DNA from: Marsupella aquatica
Lineage: Eukaryota > Plantae > Marchantiophyta
Direction of reading: 5' to 3'
DNA length: 64,000 nt
Assembly: GCA_973895155.1 (NCBI GenBank)
Contig: OZ316895.1
Location: 17,154,170 to 17,218,169 of the forward strand
Made by a program: the position numbers and the translations under genes. The notes below the pieces were generated by a model that was not told the origin of the DNA, ran no database searches, and worked only from the letters and a program-made list of their open reading frames with translations. Positions within the stretch are counted from its first letter, which is position 1; each line of letters opens with the position of its first letter. Of the stretch, positions 26,100 through 39,205 are shown one piece after another.

Positions 26100-27472
26100 C
26101 CCAAGGAGCAGCTTTTGACTGCAATTATATATCTATGGATTCTGCTTACATCTAGTTTGCAACCGGGAGGGTCATGGAATATACTTGGTGCATTGAAGCT
26201 TCACTGTAACAATTTAATAAATTTAAAAACAAAATGAACCGCTTGAGCAAGTTCAGACTGACTTTGCTAGTAAGTGATGGTTGGCTCGTGGCTCCTATGC
26301 TATATGGCATGTTCACTTTGTGGTGTTCATTTCAAAGCTTGTTTGCATCATTTGCAAACATGCTTTAGTTGTAAATAAAGGAATCAGTTGTTGCTTTATA
26401 CAGAAGCAGCAAACCAGGAGGGTGTGCATACCAAATACAACGGGTAGGAAGAGAGACAAAACTTATGCTACAAAGTTTTCAGATTCATAGGAGAAGCCAA
26501 GTGATGAGAATGATGTGATTTTCCTGGACTCGCAACCTCCCCTAGGTATTGGAGATGAGTTTTCTCAATCTCCATCATTGTTAAATAGATGTGGACCAGG
26601 AATAGTGGCAAGGTGACTTTGCCTTACAAGGCACCAAAGAAGAAGAAAAATATTAATTCTGCAATAGGTACAACAGGCACCATTGTGGCACAGTTCTCTA
26701 GGCTAATGGCAACAGATAATTTGGGAGTTTGTGTTGGGTAAGGCATAGTGCAAATTGAAGCAAGGATTTTCCATGGGAATAAGATACCTGCTAATCATGT
26801 TGTGATGTTGTTAACAGCTGTTAGTAAACCTAGATATCTTATGCCCTTTCCAAACAAGGGAGATGATCCGCCACAAATCCATCTTGTGGATGCAGTGGAG
26901 TTGTTTGTGATGTGGCCAGGGAAATGTATAGAGTGTTAGCCATGTACTGTTTGCTGAGACTATATTATGAATGAAGTGTTTCAATACATTTATTCCCGTT
27001 TTGAGGATATAACCTTCTGTAAGACTCTGTTTTTTGATGTGTTGCTGCTTCTGTGAGTATTGCTACCTTGAGCCTTGTGTAATACTTCATTTTTTTTGAT
27101 TCATTGCTGCTTTTGTGAAGTGTTGCCATGATTGTTTGTCTTCATTTCGTGAAGCGTCATTGTGAAATCAATGCAAGGTACTACATTGTCAGGACGTTAG
27201 TCATCGAAATCACACGCAAAAACCACATATGACTGAACCCAAGTCATTGCAACTATATCTGAATGACAGATGTATGGTTCCAAATACTTCACTCTTGTAG
27301 TCACCAGAACTACTCATGGCACCAGTCGATAATATGACTAAGTCATTTTAAGTCCCCTCTTTTATGAATACTAGTTACAAGAACGAAATAAGTCATTTTC
27401 AGTCATTAACCACCTGTTTTAGTGATATGCAATCATTTTTTATGGTAAAAAAGGGGGGTATTTCTACTAGTG
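26100..27472 (+). mobile_element. CACTA (En/Spm) remnant: ORF2/TnpA-like C-terminal fragment plus right terminus
   Basis: ORF 26748-26939 (FHGNKIP..HVV...V...LMPFP..GDDPP..L.DAV..FVMWP) resembles the C-terminal domain of CACTA second ORFs. Subterminal gtcatt repeats precede the terminal TTTCTACTAGTG at 27461-27472. The left end was not found. Confidence 0.65.
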
Positions 27473-27869
27473 AATTGATATTCTATGGCTAGAATATGAA
27501 TAATGGTTTTCATTTTTGGGGGAATTAGCACAGAATTCTATAGGAAGCTCTTTCCCAAACTCTAGGCACTACGTGCAGCCACACCATCACATTTGGTCAC
27601 AAATAGGAACGATGATGTTTACAACAAGAAACAAGGAAAATTGGTTAGATCCACTAAATATAAAATGATCAAAATTTTGAAAAGGATATTAAAATAACAA
27701 ACAATAGGCAAAAACATCTTGTCTTGTTTGTAATAATCAGTGTTTTTAATATCTTCGCAAGTTTTCAAAAAAGCCAACGGGCTTGAAATGTAAATAGCTA
27801 AAAACCCCTTGGACTCAATATTGTGAAAGAAAATAACCAATCTTCTGTTTACTTCATGAAATTAATAAA

Positions 27870-28560
27870 TTCATGATATCTGATTGAAAAAGTTTGCCAG
27901 AGGTAGGCTTGTTGCAAAGCTAGACATAATTAGAAACTTGTAATCTCCTTGGTTTCTGACCAAATCTTCCAATGTTCCACTAGCTCATTGAAAACTCATT
28001 ATCTCCTTGGTACTTACCACGTTTAAGAGTTTAGGGCAAAATCTGACAATGTCCAGCTCATTGGCAACCTAAAGAAATTCATAAATTTATGATTGCCATA
28101 CGTAGTAGATACTTGACAAAATATGTCAATATCACATTCATTGGAAAACTACATGAATCTTTATTATTGACAAAATCTGCTAATGTTAGGTTCATTGGAA
28201 TGTTATAGAAATTTCAAAACTCATGGTCACTTTAGTACTTGATAAACCTGCCAAGGTGAGGCTCACTGATTCCTTGACAGAATCTTCCAATGAATAACTA
28301 GAGATATTCATAAATTAATGATCTCCATAATACTTGCAAAGTATGCCAATGTTAGACTTACTGGAACTTTTTCCAAAATGCTTCATATATCTAAAGGTAA
28401 GGGAGAAATTTGAAATTGTTTTTCCTTGATGCCATAGCTACATTGTCAAGGAAAGGTAGATAAATTACCAAAAAAAAATTGATCTGTAAAATACATCATG
28501 TCCTCGACATCATGGTATCAGACAAGATTAGGCTCACTCAAAAGCTTTTTCCAAAATGTT
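27870..28560 (+). repeat. Degenerate ~60-bp tandem repeat
   Basis: Recurrent tacttgacaaaatctgccaatgttaggctcattggaa-like units. Confidence 0.65.
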
Positions 28561-28768
28561 TCCAAGCACTCTAAGCACACCAAAGAATTTATCCTTAGAC
28601 AAGGTAGCCATTGGAAATGGGTTGAGGGCCATCTAGACATAAACTTCTGAGTTGACTACTACAAAATGTTGAAAGGAATGAAGAGCAAAAAACTAGCAAT
28701 GACGCTCCCACGTGGAATGCTTGGGTTGGGTTCATAGACAGTAATTTGGAGACAAGATATTTGGGCCC

Positions 28769-29061
28769 GGGGTCCTCACTTCTTTTCTTCCAAGTGAACC
28801 CATCTCCCGCGAATAAGTATGGGGTTTTTTTATTGGTTTTGGTGAAATACTTTTAAATTTTTGTTAAAGAACATTAGGGTTGTTTTAATCCAATTTTGAA
28901 AATTATAAAGATCATAGGGTTCTCTAAAACCAATTTTGAGAATATTTTGCTAAGTTAGGGGTAAAAAATTACTCAAAAAAACTTTATTGACTTAAGTTTT
29001 GGGGTGTTTATTCCCCCAAAATTTTGTGCGTGATATGGGACACCCCTTTGATTGAGGCCCC
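28769..29061 (+). mobile_element. MITE family A, copy 1 (~290 bp; short TIR GGGGTCCTCA...TGAGGCCCC)
   Basis: The internal cccatc.c.cgcgaataagtatggggtttttt...gcgtgatatg sequence is shared with copies at 43895, 51240 (reverse) and 56868. Confidence 0.7.
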
Positions 29062-30462
29062 TGAGCATTTGGGTTCATAGCTAGTAAGAGATAAATAATG
29101 ATTGGCAACAGGGAAAGGATCCAAGATTGAAGTTGATCCCAATAATTAGTTTCAATAATCATGAAAATAGAAGCAATTCAAAATTAGGGAAGCAAAATGA
29201 GAATTTATACTAAGGAATTTCAGTATCTTTATGTATCTTCATATAAATTCTCATAACCTTCAGTATCTTCCAGGTTACTCTGTGAGCTCATCCAAATAGG
29301 CTTCACCTTCCAGGCTGCTCTGTGATCTCACATCCTCTATTCACTTGATCATAAGTTGCTACTTACGACTCACTTAACAACGAGCACAACCAGGCACACA
29401 ACTTTGATACAATAGTTAAGATACTTCCAGGGATCCATTCTCTTATTGAATTTAAGAACTGCTCAAGGGAGGTGGGAGGAGTGGATCCACAAAACAAATT
29501 GTGTTTTTGTCTTGGTTTATTGGGGTTTTGTTTGCTATTGAGATTTCCAATTGAGACCAAAAACTTTGACAATAAGCTGATGACATTTGGGAGCAGGTAC
29601 TGTAGTTAGTGATTCTTACTAAAATTCTTTGAAAACACATGGTAATTGGGTAAGGTGCTCTTTGGCCTGCTGGTGAGAATACAAAGGTTGTGTAGCTAAC
29701 TTATACCAAAATTGAAAAAAACTACATGAGTTAGTGGGGGGTTAGTGAAGAGTGCTTCCAAGTGGGCCAAAATATTTGGCCATAAATTTGGAAGTAGTGC
29801 CAACCTACCAATTGTGGAGCCACCAGTAGTGGTCACATTGTACTTGACGTTTGTACAGAACTAGTGGTGCGATAAAAGCTCTAACTGATGGGATCTCCAT
29901 CCCAAACATTTTGCTTGGGTAAGCTTGCATGGACTCCAGGAAAATGTACATTTCAACTAGGATGGCATGGATGTACAGTATGACTTTCATTTTGGGATCA
30001 GTCCATGGTCACATTTCTGGAAAGACATGCATGAGAAAAGAAAAACCCTTGCGAAAGGAATAATAAGGGTTGTCAAACATGGTCTTATCAGCAGAATGGT
30101 TGTGGAAAAAACTGTCATGGGCATTGGTGGCCTGGCCTAACCCATTGGAAATTAACTGAAGGGACATTTTACATTGCCCAGCAGCATAGATTTCTCCTGT
30201 TGTTCTGCTAGAATTGGAGGCCATGAACAGTCAACCCACCACCCAATTTTTTCTACCATAAGGTATGTGTCCACACACAATAATGGACACTTGGCCACAA
30301 GCATTTCACCCAGCCACAATATTGATACCCTCTATATATGATCTACTAGGGCATCACTTCTGCCTTTGGCACGAGTTCCTATGTGTTATGACTTCCCCTC
30401 AGTTCTCAACTGTCCAAGTCAAATGTAGGGTCCCAAAGTTAATCATCAAACTGAGTCGTTTT

Positions 30463-30497
30463 CATACATACATACATACATACATACATACATACAT
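30463..30497 (+). repeat. (CATA)n microsatellite
   Basis: Direct reading. Confidence 0.9.
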
Positions 30498-30952
30498 AGC
30501 TATGGGGTGAGATTGACAGACAATAGAAAAAGAGTCATGATAAAAATAAGGAAAATTGTTCCCAAACAACATCAATTCATTTATATTCGTGTCCTTTAAT
30601 TATTAATCCATTGGCGTCAGGCAGTCCCGCGGCAGTCAGGTGCAAAGCAGATGCAGATGTCCAACCTGACCATTTTGCCCTCACTTCCATTACACAGTTT
30701 TGGGGTGTTTTTAAAACCTTTTCCTGTCCTAGCAACTTTCGACAACAATAGGTTTGCTCCAACTTTAAGCCGATCTTCCCTCAAATGATAATATAAATCT
30801 TTTAGTAATATCCTATCTAGCAAATGAGAAAAAATAATTCTTTAAGATACCTAAAAGTGTGAAGATTCCCAAAAGAAAGTAAACTAGTTCCTCTTGGAGT
30901 GTTTCCAGCTCAAAAGGATTCCCATGTTGAGAAGAATAATTCATCATTCTTT

Positions 30953-32548
30953 TTACGGACCCCACTAGAGGTCCCTTCCAAAATTCCTGGCACCACAGCG
31001 TGCCACGTCAACAACAACCGCAACAAACAGGAACGAATTGGTCTCCACAATGAAATTATGCCCACATTCGTGTTTGCGACAGGATTTTGGTAAAACTGGG
31101 GACGCCATGCCGTAAAAATTCATGTAAACTTGTTTTACAATTAACCATATTATTTACCTTTAGATAACAAATTATTGAAGTTGAGATAGACAATAACCAT
31201 TTTTTCAACCCCTAAATAACGGAATGCACAACATTAAGTAATAACAATAACCATTAAGTAATAATTAAAAAGAGAAAAAAATTAAATGTGTAATCGAAAG
31301 TAAGCACTTGTCACTAGAAACAGTTAAGTAATTAACGTCCACTACAATCCATCCCGCCCGCAATCCAAACTGTAACGAGCGCTCCTCCGCACCACAACCT
31401 CTGCACGAATTCTCGTTGTTGATTTTGATGGTGATGGTGCGGTGAATGTGTGCACACGCAATGTTGAGAGAAACGAGAAGGTGAGAAAGAAGCTGCCCGA
31501 TCGAAGACTTGATAACAAAGAAACCAGAAGAGAGTTCATTTCATAAGGACCAAAAGCAGGAAAAGCAACAATCGCAAACAGAATTAATAAGAAGAAACTG
31601 AAGAACGAAATGATCGAATCAGGAAGAGAAGGACTGCGATTTGAACCTGAAATCAAAACAAAGATCAAAAGAGGCCATGGCGAAGCGAAAGTGTAAAGAG
31701 AGACTAACACAACGCCCTGAGGATCCAGAGAACAACAGAAAATTTAAAGAGGAAATTAAGGATCGAACAAGAAGATATAAAACGCTGCAGAAACACGATC
31801 GGGGCAGAGAAGAGCGGAAAGGCAACGACCTGATCAGAAGAAAAAGGCAAAAGCAGTTCGATCAAACAAGGTCAACTTTCATTGCTGAATCCTTCTGATT
31901 TTGATGTCTCTCTTCTGATTCTCGTTACTTCTTTTTTTTGGTCTTTTGAATCTGTGTCTCTTCTTTTCGCCTTGTATTATTCTTTCTCGATCAAGTGCGA
32001 GCGTTGTTCTTATGGATTCTTTCGCTTATTCTAAGTTTCTGCCTAATGAATGATCGAATGTCAGACACCAATGCCCTTCACGGGCGCTCATTTTGCTTCT
32101 TCCTTGCTTCTTCCTTTTTCTGGTTGTCTTTATGTTTTCCTTTCGGCTCCCAGAGATTGCTTCCCCTCTGTTTCATTTCTTCAATTTTTGATCCCTCAGA
32201 CAGTTGCTTCCGGATATGATCGTAGCCGAGATCGTAGCGCTGTCAGCGTTAAGGATTCAGAGTTCTGGAGCCAGTAGCAAATACTAACTCTATGTCCAAA
32301 TATGGATGAGAGATTTTGAAAGATTCTGGGAGGGTTCCTCCACAGTGCGCAAGATGTTTCAGGCTTTAGGTTTCTGCCGTGAGCTTCTCGGACCTCTAAT
32401 TGAGAATTTATGAGGTATCATCAGATTTTCCAGATTTGGCTTCATAGCTATACTATCTATTTTTTAACACATTTTTTTATTTGTATCAATAACTATCCAA
32501 TTTTCAATCTCAATCGAATAAAAACAGGTGGGGGTCCACGAACTAATT
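30953..32548 (+). mobile_element. Non-autonomous element with asymmetric termini, copy A (Helentron/Helitron2-like candidate)
   Basis: Begins TTACGGACCCCACTAGAGGTCC and ends GGGGTCCACGAACTAATT. The same end pair bounds 44824-47954 and 55603-56440. Confidence 0.55.
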
Positions 32549-34149
32549 TAGAGTTGGATGGATGTTTAAGTAACCCCTATTAGTTTTGGGTGGCTTGGTA
32601 CTTGTGCCTCAATGCTTATTCCTTTAAAAAGTGCCTTGTCCCTCATGGCTTATTCCTTTACAAAGTGTTGGTCCCACTCGTATCCCTACATGTAATTTTC
32701 TAGTAGATAACTCTTTTGTTTCTAAACTATTGTGAATCCCTTTAAAATAATGGTGGGTCTCTCATGGTTTTCTCAGAATGACTTAGATGAGCTACCCGTC
32801 ATAAACTTAGGAAACAGAACTGTGAGCTGTAAGTAAGAGGGGAGGGGTTGGCATTATCCCCCACATTATCCAGGGCATTATCTTGAAATGTTTGTTTCTC
32901 ACACCCCTTGGATCCCATCGTACTCTTGGGAAGAGATAGCTTAGGGTCTAGGTATCCATCCCACTTGTATGAAAAACTTATTTAATATAACTTGAATATA
33001 AGGATAAAAAATAGCGTATTATCTTTATCCTTATATAAAGATAATACGCGTAAACAACTGATGGACAAGATTGAAAAATAAATAAAGACCTAAATAAGAA
33101 GTTTCAGGAAAGAAAGAAAAAATATAAGAGGGGGTAAAAATAATTTAAATTCCAATTTTAAATACAAAGAATGCACCTTAATTTTCTGAATAAATTGAAA
33201 CAAAATACATATAAAAAATCTCAGTAGACGAGTAACATGAGTAGGCTCCTGAGCAAGGTAACACCAAAATATAATAGTCTTGTGATCGTGACCATTGCGT
33301 GATCTTTTGGTCTAGTTTGGATTCCCAGCCAGCCTTAGGGGTACTGGGGTTTCCTTTCGTACGAGAAACTCCTTAATTGTGCCAAACGCTTTCACATTTT
33401 CCTCTGGCTTGCCCTGAGGGCATTCTTCTGTGGGTAATAATTATGTTGGCCTGAAGTTTAGTTGGAGTGGTGGCTTCCTTGGGTAACGTAGGAAACCAGA
33501 TTTGCTTGACTCAGGTTATGTTAGGTGCAGCCTTTTCCTCTTTCTGGAAGTCGGTGGGCGGGTTTGACTAGTATGGGTGTCAGGGTCTGGGCTCAAAGCC
33601 TGACCTCCTTTGTGCAGTGTCTCTCTACTTCTGCTTCAACTGCTTTTCGGGGCTTGGCCACTTTTAGGCATTTATCTAGGTCTATGGGTTTTGGTCCACT
33701 TTCAGGCATTTATCGAGGTCTATGGGTTTTGGTCCTCTTTTTGGCCCTGCCTCTGTTTAACTGATGTCGGGGCTCATTTCCCCTTCTACAACTATAATAA
33801 AGAAGCTCGCCAAAAGTCGTCAATCGTCCTGTTACAAACTCAGATTTGGTGGGAACAAAACCTGACCATTAGATTTATGTTAGTTTTAATTCTAGCCTTT
33901 GAACAGCTAGAACCAAGTGTCCACCAAAGCAAATAGGACCTTAGGGTACGTATTGTAGGTGACAAACTTTTGGTACACATGCATATATTTAATGGAGATA
34001 CTCAATCATTACATGTTAAGAGCATATGTATTTTAAAGGAAATACAGTATAATTAGGAATATGAAATGAACTAAAATGGATGTATGAAATTGTGAGAATA
34101 TATTTTTCAATGGGCATAACTTAAGTATACATCTTTATCCCACCACAAC

Positions 34150-35400
34150 ATTTTTTCTTTCCTTTAGATTTTTTTTCACCAGGCCTGACATCTTTTAGTT
34201 GACTCAATATCTTTTTTTTCTTCTAATTTTGCCATCTTTTCTCACCTTCAAATCTCTTCCCCACCCTTGACATTGTTTCTCTCCTTGAGATCTTTCCTTC
34301 ATCTTTACATCTCTTTGTCACCTCACCATCTTTTCTCTCCTTGACATTTTTTTTTCATCTCGATTTCTTTTTCTCATCTCGATATTTTTTTTCTCATTGA
34401 CATCTGTTCCTCGCTTTTCTCACATCGATATATTTTCCTCATGTTGACATCTTTTCTTGCCTCAACATCTTTTGTGCAACGCACAAGCATCGAACTATCT
34501 CACCTCAACAATTTTTATCTCTTTGACATTTTTCTCACTTTAACATCTTGCCCTCACCTGTACATCTTGCCTTCATCTCAAAATCTTGCCCTCACTTCAA
34601 AATCTTGCTCACGCCTTGACATCTTGCACTCTCCTCAGCATCTTGCCCTCATCTAAAAATCTTGCCCTCACCTCAACATCTTGCCCTCATCTCAAAATCT
34701 TGCCTCACCTCGACATCTTGCGCTCATCTTGAAATTTTCCCCTTGCCTCAAAATCTTGCTCTCACCTCAAAATCTTGCCCTCACTGAAAACATTTTGTGC
34801 AACGCATAGGCACGGGCATGGGTCATGTCATTGAGGCACAAGTTCTTGCAGGAAAACATCCAGGGACCCTTACATTTATCCCACAGATTCCGTTGACATC
34901 TGACAAATCACTTGCTTTTTTATTACGTAGGTTCCAATGTCCCATTCGAGTGGCATATGCAATGACCATAAACAAAGCTCAAGGTTAGACTTTAGAACAT
35001 GTAGGGTTACAACTTTCAAAGCCTGTATTTTGTCACAGAGGGTTGTATGTAGCAATTTCAAGGGCGACATCTCCTACAACTATCAAGGTTTTACTTACGG
35101 ATTCCGAGGAAGGTCAAGCAAGGTTGACAAAAAATGTTGTATATGATGAGGTTCTTTATTGAATGGGTGAATAAAGATTGTATCAATTTGTATTCATCTG
35201 TTTGACTTTTTGCCTCAATTATGTATTTGCAATGCACAACCATGTTTGCCTCGCCTCAAAAAGTCTCACCTCGACATCTTGCCCTCACCTCGACATCTTG
35301 CCCCCGCCTCAAAATCTTACCTGCACCTTGACATCTTGCCCTTTCCTCGACATCTTGCCTCACTCGAAGTCTTTCGTGCAACGCACGGGCATGGGCCTAT
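34150..35400 (+). mobile_element. Helitron remnant with stacked 3' termini
   Basis: gacatcttgccctc repeats. The Helitron-type terminal hairpin gtgcaacgcac(ggg) occurs at ~34473, ~34797 and ~35376, and the last is followed by CTAT at 35397-35400. Confidence 0.8.
34820..35162 (+). pseudogene. Helitron Rep/Helicase C-terminal PIF1 fragment
   Basis: VIEAQVLAGKH....FIPQIPL...RRFQCPIRVAYAMTINKAQG*TLEHVGL.L.KPVF.H..LYVAISRA...TKNVVYDEVL*. This is the canonical PIF1/RepHel C-terminus, with a premature TAG at 34986. Confidence 0.9.
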
Positions 35401-37227
35401 TCACTCATAAAAGAAAAGAGAAATAGAGAGGCTTTATGCAGGCTAGAGAACATAACCCTACTTGCGCCTGTCTCGGTTTCCAGGTTTGATTTCACTGATT
35501 ATATTTTAAAACCAGGGGAGTACAGTTGTAAAAAAGAAACCCAGATGAACCACTATGTTTGACAGACAACTTGGATGGACCCTTGCAGCCTAGACGCGTA
35601 AGTTTTGAGCATTTCTTGGTACCCCAATAGTACATTTACTACACACTTTTTAAACGTAAAAGTTGCTACACAATTATACCCAAGTTGCATGGTTACCCAA
35701 TGGGGTCCAGCTTACTATCCAAGCATAAGTTTCGTGGCAGTACGCACCAGAGTGTTTTTAATGGCAGGAATTTGACCTCTCAGAATTGTTTTTGCCACGT
35801 TTGGCAGGAATTGACTCGGTTTTTTGTATTCCATTGGCCATTTTTCCACCTAACCACCACCCCATTAGCCAGAATCTGCAGGAGATCATTACTCCTAAGG
35901 AGATCTAAAGGTAAAAAAGTAATCGAGTAAACTTAGGTAGGGTACATTCTTTGAATCTTCTCCATTCACACACAAGGTGACATTCGCCACCCTGGCTAAA
36001 CAGAAAAAAACGTTAAAAAAACACCCCGATATGGACGGCACACTGGACCATAGAGTCCCACAAGGAAGAGCGATTACGCTAAGGACGGCTCTGCATGCAA
36101 TCAACCAGTCAAGCTACAGTCGAGCATAAAGGACCCCTTCCCAAGGAACAGCCGAGCAGGCCAGCAAGGCAAGGAAGGGCAGGATACGATTTAGAGTAGT
36201 AGTAAAGCTCCATCCAGACTTTAGGACAATTGTTTTGGGGTGCAACAAACCCAATCCCGTAGAGTGTTGACATCACTTGATTGGAAGGAAACCAAAAGTG
36301 AAGGGAGTGCTGTATCTAAGTCACACAAGAGAGTTAGTAGCCAATGAAATCAGTTTATTGGGAGATGATCAAATTTGAAGTAGTAGTGTAGAGAATTATT
36401 GACAAGCTAGCCCACCGTCCAGCTAACTAGCCCGCTGTGGTGTGTTGCAAAGTCGTGTCAATAATAAGCAATGTTGATAAAAAATGTTTTTGAACATAAA
36501 TCAAATGTCCAGATAATCGAAGATTGGAGAATCTGCCTGACAATTGGATTTTAAAGAGTGTGCAAGTTATTGGGAGAGTTGGGACTAAATAGTGAGAATT
36601 TTTCATTAAAGCTCCTTTTCATTAAAGCTTCCTCCTACAGGCCATAGAAGCATGCGGCAGGAAATAAAAATATCTTTTTTGCCCATACACTAGTTCCAAG
36701 CAGACGTTCTCTAGCTCCGCTCATGGTTAGGAAAAAAGTGCAAACTTTCTTGTCAAAATGATGTCTTATTAATAAAGTGCGAATTGCAGCCTACTTTTCA
36801 CAAGCTAGGGTCTAGAGTGAAGCCTCTAGACCGTAACTCTATGGTCATCATGTGCATGGTCATCATATACATGGGAAAAATTTATGACATGATTATGATG
36901 TATATACATGTTAGTTTTATGTGATAATTTTTAAATATTTATATTAAAAAAATATAGGTAGTATGGCCCCATCACAACATATGTGCATACAAAAAACCTG
37001 TGCACATCAAGGAGAATAATATATTATACATAATTATTAAAATGATGTGTTTTTTTATCATTTCATTAATCTTCAAAGAATATGAATCAAAAATATATTT
37101 TGATAATTTTTTTATTGTCCTCTCCGCTATTCACGTTCAAAGAACAAATAATCGGGGCTAGTTCCATGAACAAACCATTTAAAAAAAGAGTAGGAGTGCA
37201 TATGGTAGTGTTCAAATTATATGAGTT

Positions 37228-38030
37228 CACTTGATTGGAAATAAATCAAAATTGAAGGAGTCCTGATGTAACCTGGACGAGACAGTTATTAGCAAATGAG
37301 ACCACTTGATTGGAACAAAATTGAAGGAGTACTGATGTAACCGATACGAGAGAGTTATTAGCAAATGAGACCACTTGATTGGAAAGAATTCAAACTTGAG
37401 TGAGTAGCGCATGTAACTGAGACTAAAGAGTTATTAGCAAATGAAACCACTTGATTGAAAAGAAATCAAAATTGAAGGAGTACTGATGTAACCGATACGA
37501 GGGAGTATTTGCAAATGAGACCACTTGATTGGAAAGAATCCAAAATTGAGTGAGTAGCGAATGTAACTGAGACTAAAGAGTCATTTAGCAAATGCAATCA
37601 CTTGATTGGAAAGAAATCAAAATTGAAGGAGTAGGGTCTGTAACTGAGACTAAAGAGTCATTAGCAAACGCAATCACTCGATTGGAAAGAAATCAAAATT
37701 GAAGGAGTAGCGTTTGTAACTGAAACTAAAGAGTTATTTCGCAAATGCAATCACTAGGTATTTAGCAAATGCAATCACTTGGTTGAAAAGAAATCAAAAT
37801 TGAAGGAGTAGCGTTTGTAACTGAAACTAAAGAGCTATCTAGCAAATGCAACCACTAGGTATTTAGCAAATGCAATCACCAGGTTGGAAAGAAATGAAAA
37901 TTGAAGGAGTAGCGTATGTAACTGAAACTAAAGAGTTATTTAGCAAATGCAATCACTACAGTAGACATTTAGCAAATGCAATCACTTGGTTAAAAAGAAA
38001 TCAAAATTGTTGGACTATTGTATGTAACTG
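37228..38030 (+). repeat. Tandem repeat, ~75-bp unit, ~10 copies
   Basis: cacttgattggaaagaaatcaaaattgaaggagta...gtaactga.actaaagagttattagcaaatg. The last units carry an extra ~24-bp internal duplication. Confidence 0.92.
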
Positions 38031-39165
38031 AGGCGAGAGTCAGTACCTAGTACGCAGCCAGGAGGACAGAAGAGCTGGCCTCGATGGCTTTGTCTCATTG
38101 GTTGGTAAGTTTCGATGATTCACTGTCTCATGTGTAAGAAAATTGGTTTCGAGTAGTGGGTACCGATCTGAGAAGGAGGACGAGGACGACGCGTCCAACA
38201 AAACGCCGATGAGGATGATGGTGATTCGAGGACCGAATATATCATCATCATCGACGTCCTCCGACGGTAACTTTTGCTGCCCAGCCCAGAGATCAGAGAT
38301 GTCTGCAATCTGCGAGTTTGCTGATCGACGACGATATAGTTTACTCCTCCTGCGTGTTGCAGAGGATGCGTGGGCACGGAATAAAGATTACGTCGAGGGC
38401 AGCGACTGTGGATGGATCCACAATTGTTTTTTTGGGTTCGGGGTTGCCGGGACGAACGGATCATTTATCACGGCGGTACGGGGATGGCGATGAAAAAGCA
38501 AGCAAGGCGCGGCGGGCGCTGGATGAGCCGAGTTCGGGGCGTGACGAGTTGACGACGAACAAATGGTAGGAACACGCTTTCCGTCAAGTCCGTTTGGAGT
38601 ACGGTACTTGACGAGGAAGGGACTCTACGGTACTAGTGTAGTAGTTAGTGTACCAGCTTTTCTCTCTGTCGACATCTTTCTCCCTAGAAAAATTTATTAG
38701 CGATCGAGGAGTAAGTTCTGATGATTAACAAGCGTTCAGAGAGATAGGGAACTGCCGAACTGGAGGGCGAGGAGTGAGAACGGTGACGGATTACCTTATT
38801 ACTCCGCCTGGATTAGGCCGACATGGGCACTTCGTCGGATTGGGCGAAGGAGAGAGCCAGCGGGCAAGGCAGGGTTTGTGTTAGTCAAGAATATCATCCT
38901 TGAGATTTTGTGCGGAGGTATCCCCGGGGTCGTAGGAGGCCTGAGACAGACGTACGTGGTTTGTTTGGCTGGAGAAGGATAAGCGGCGAGTTGAAGCGGG
39001 CGGCTAATGGCGAGTGGCTCTGTCGATGCTGTGGTGGAGAAGGACGGGATTCCCTGATCAATTTTCAGAGCAAAGAGATGCTCCACGCAAGGTGTGTGCG
39101 GGACACAGGCCTTGGGAGGCACTAGGCAGGAACTGTAGTTTAGATCTGTCTGTTGTGCGCGGCAG

Positions 39166-39167
<2 letters not shown>

Positions 39168-39202
<35 letters not shown>
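39168..39202 (+). repeat. (GA)n microsatellite in the probable 5' leader of the HMG/AT-hook gene
   Basis: Direct reading. Confidence 0.9.

Positions 39203-39205
<3 letters not shown>

Noticed and set aside
30635-30665. Similarity to a conserved bryophyte miRNA (tctgcatctgc core)
   Set aside because: Short low-complexity match with no hairpin partner.
33240-33802. 3' end of a LINE (T-rich, ends tataataaagaa); similar stretch at 35.9-36.2 kb
   Set aside because: No protein motif, TSD or second copy in the window to support a call.
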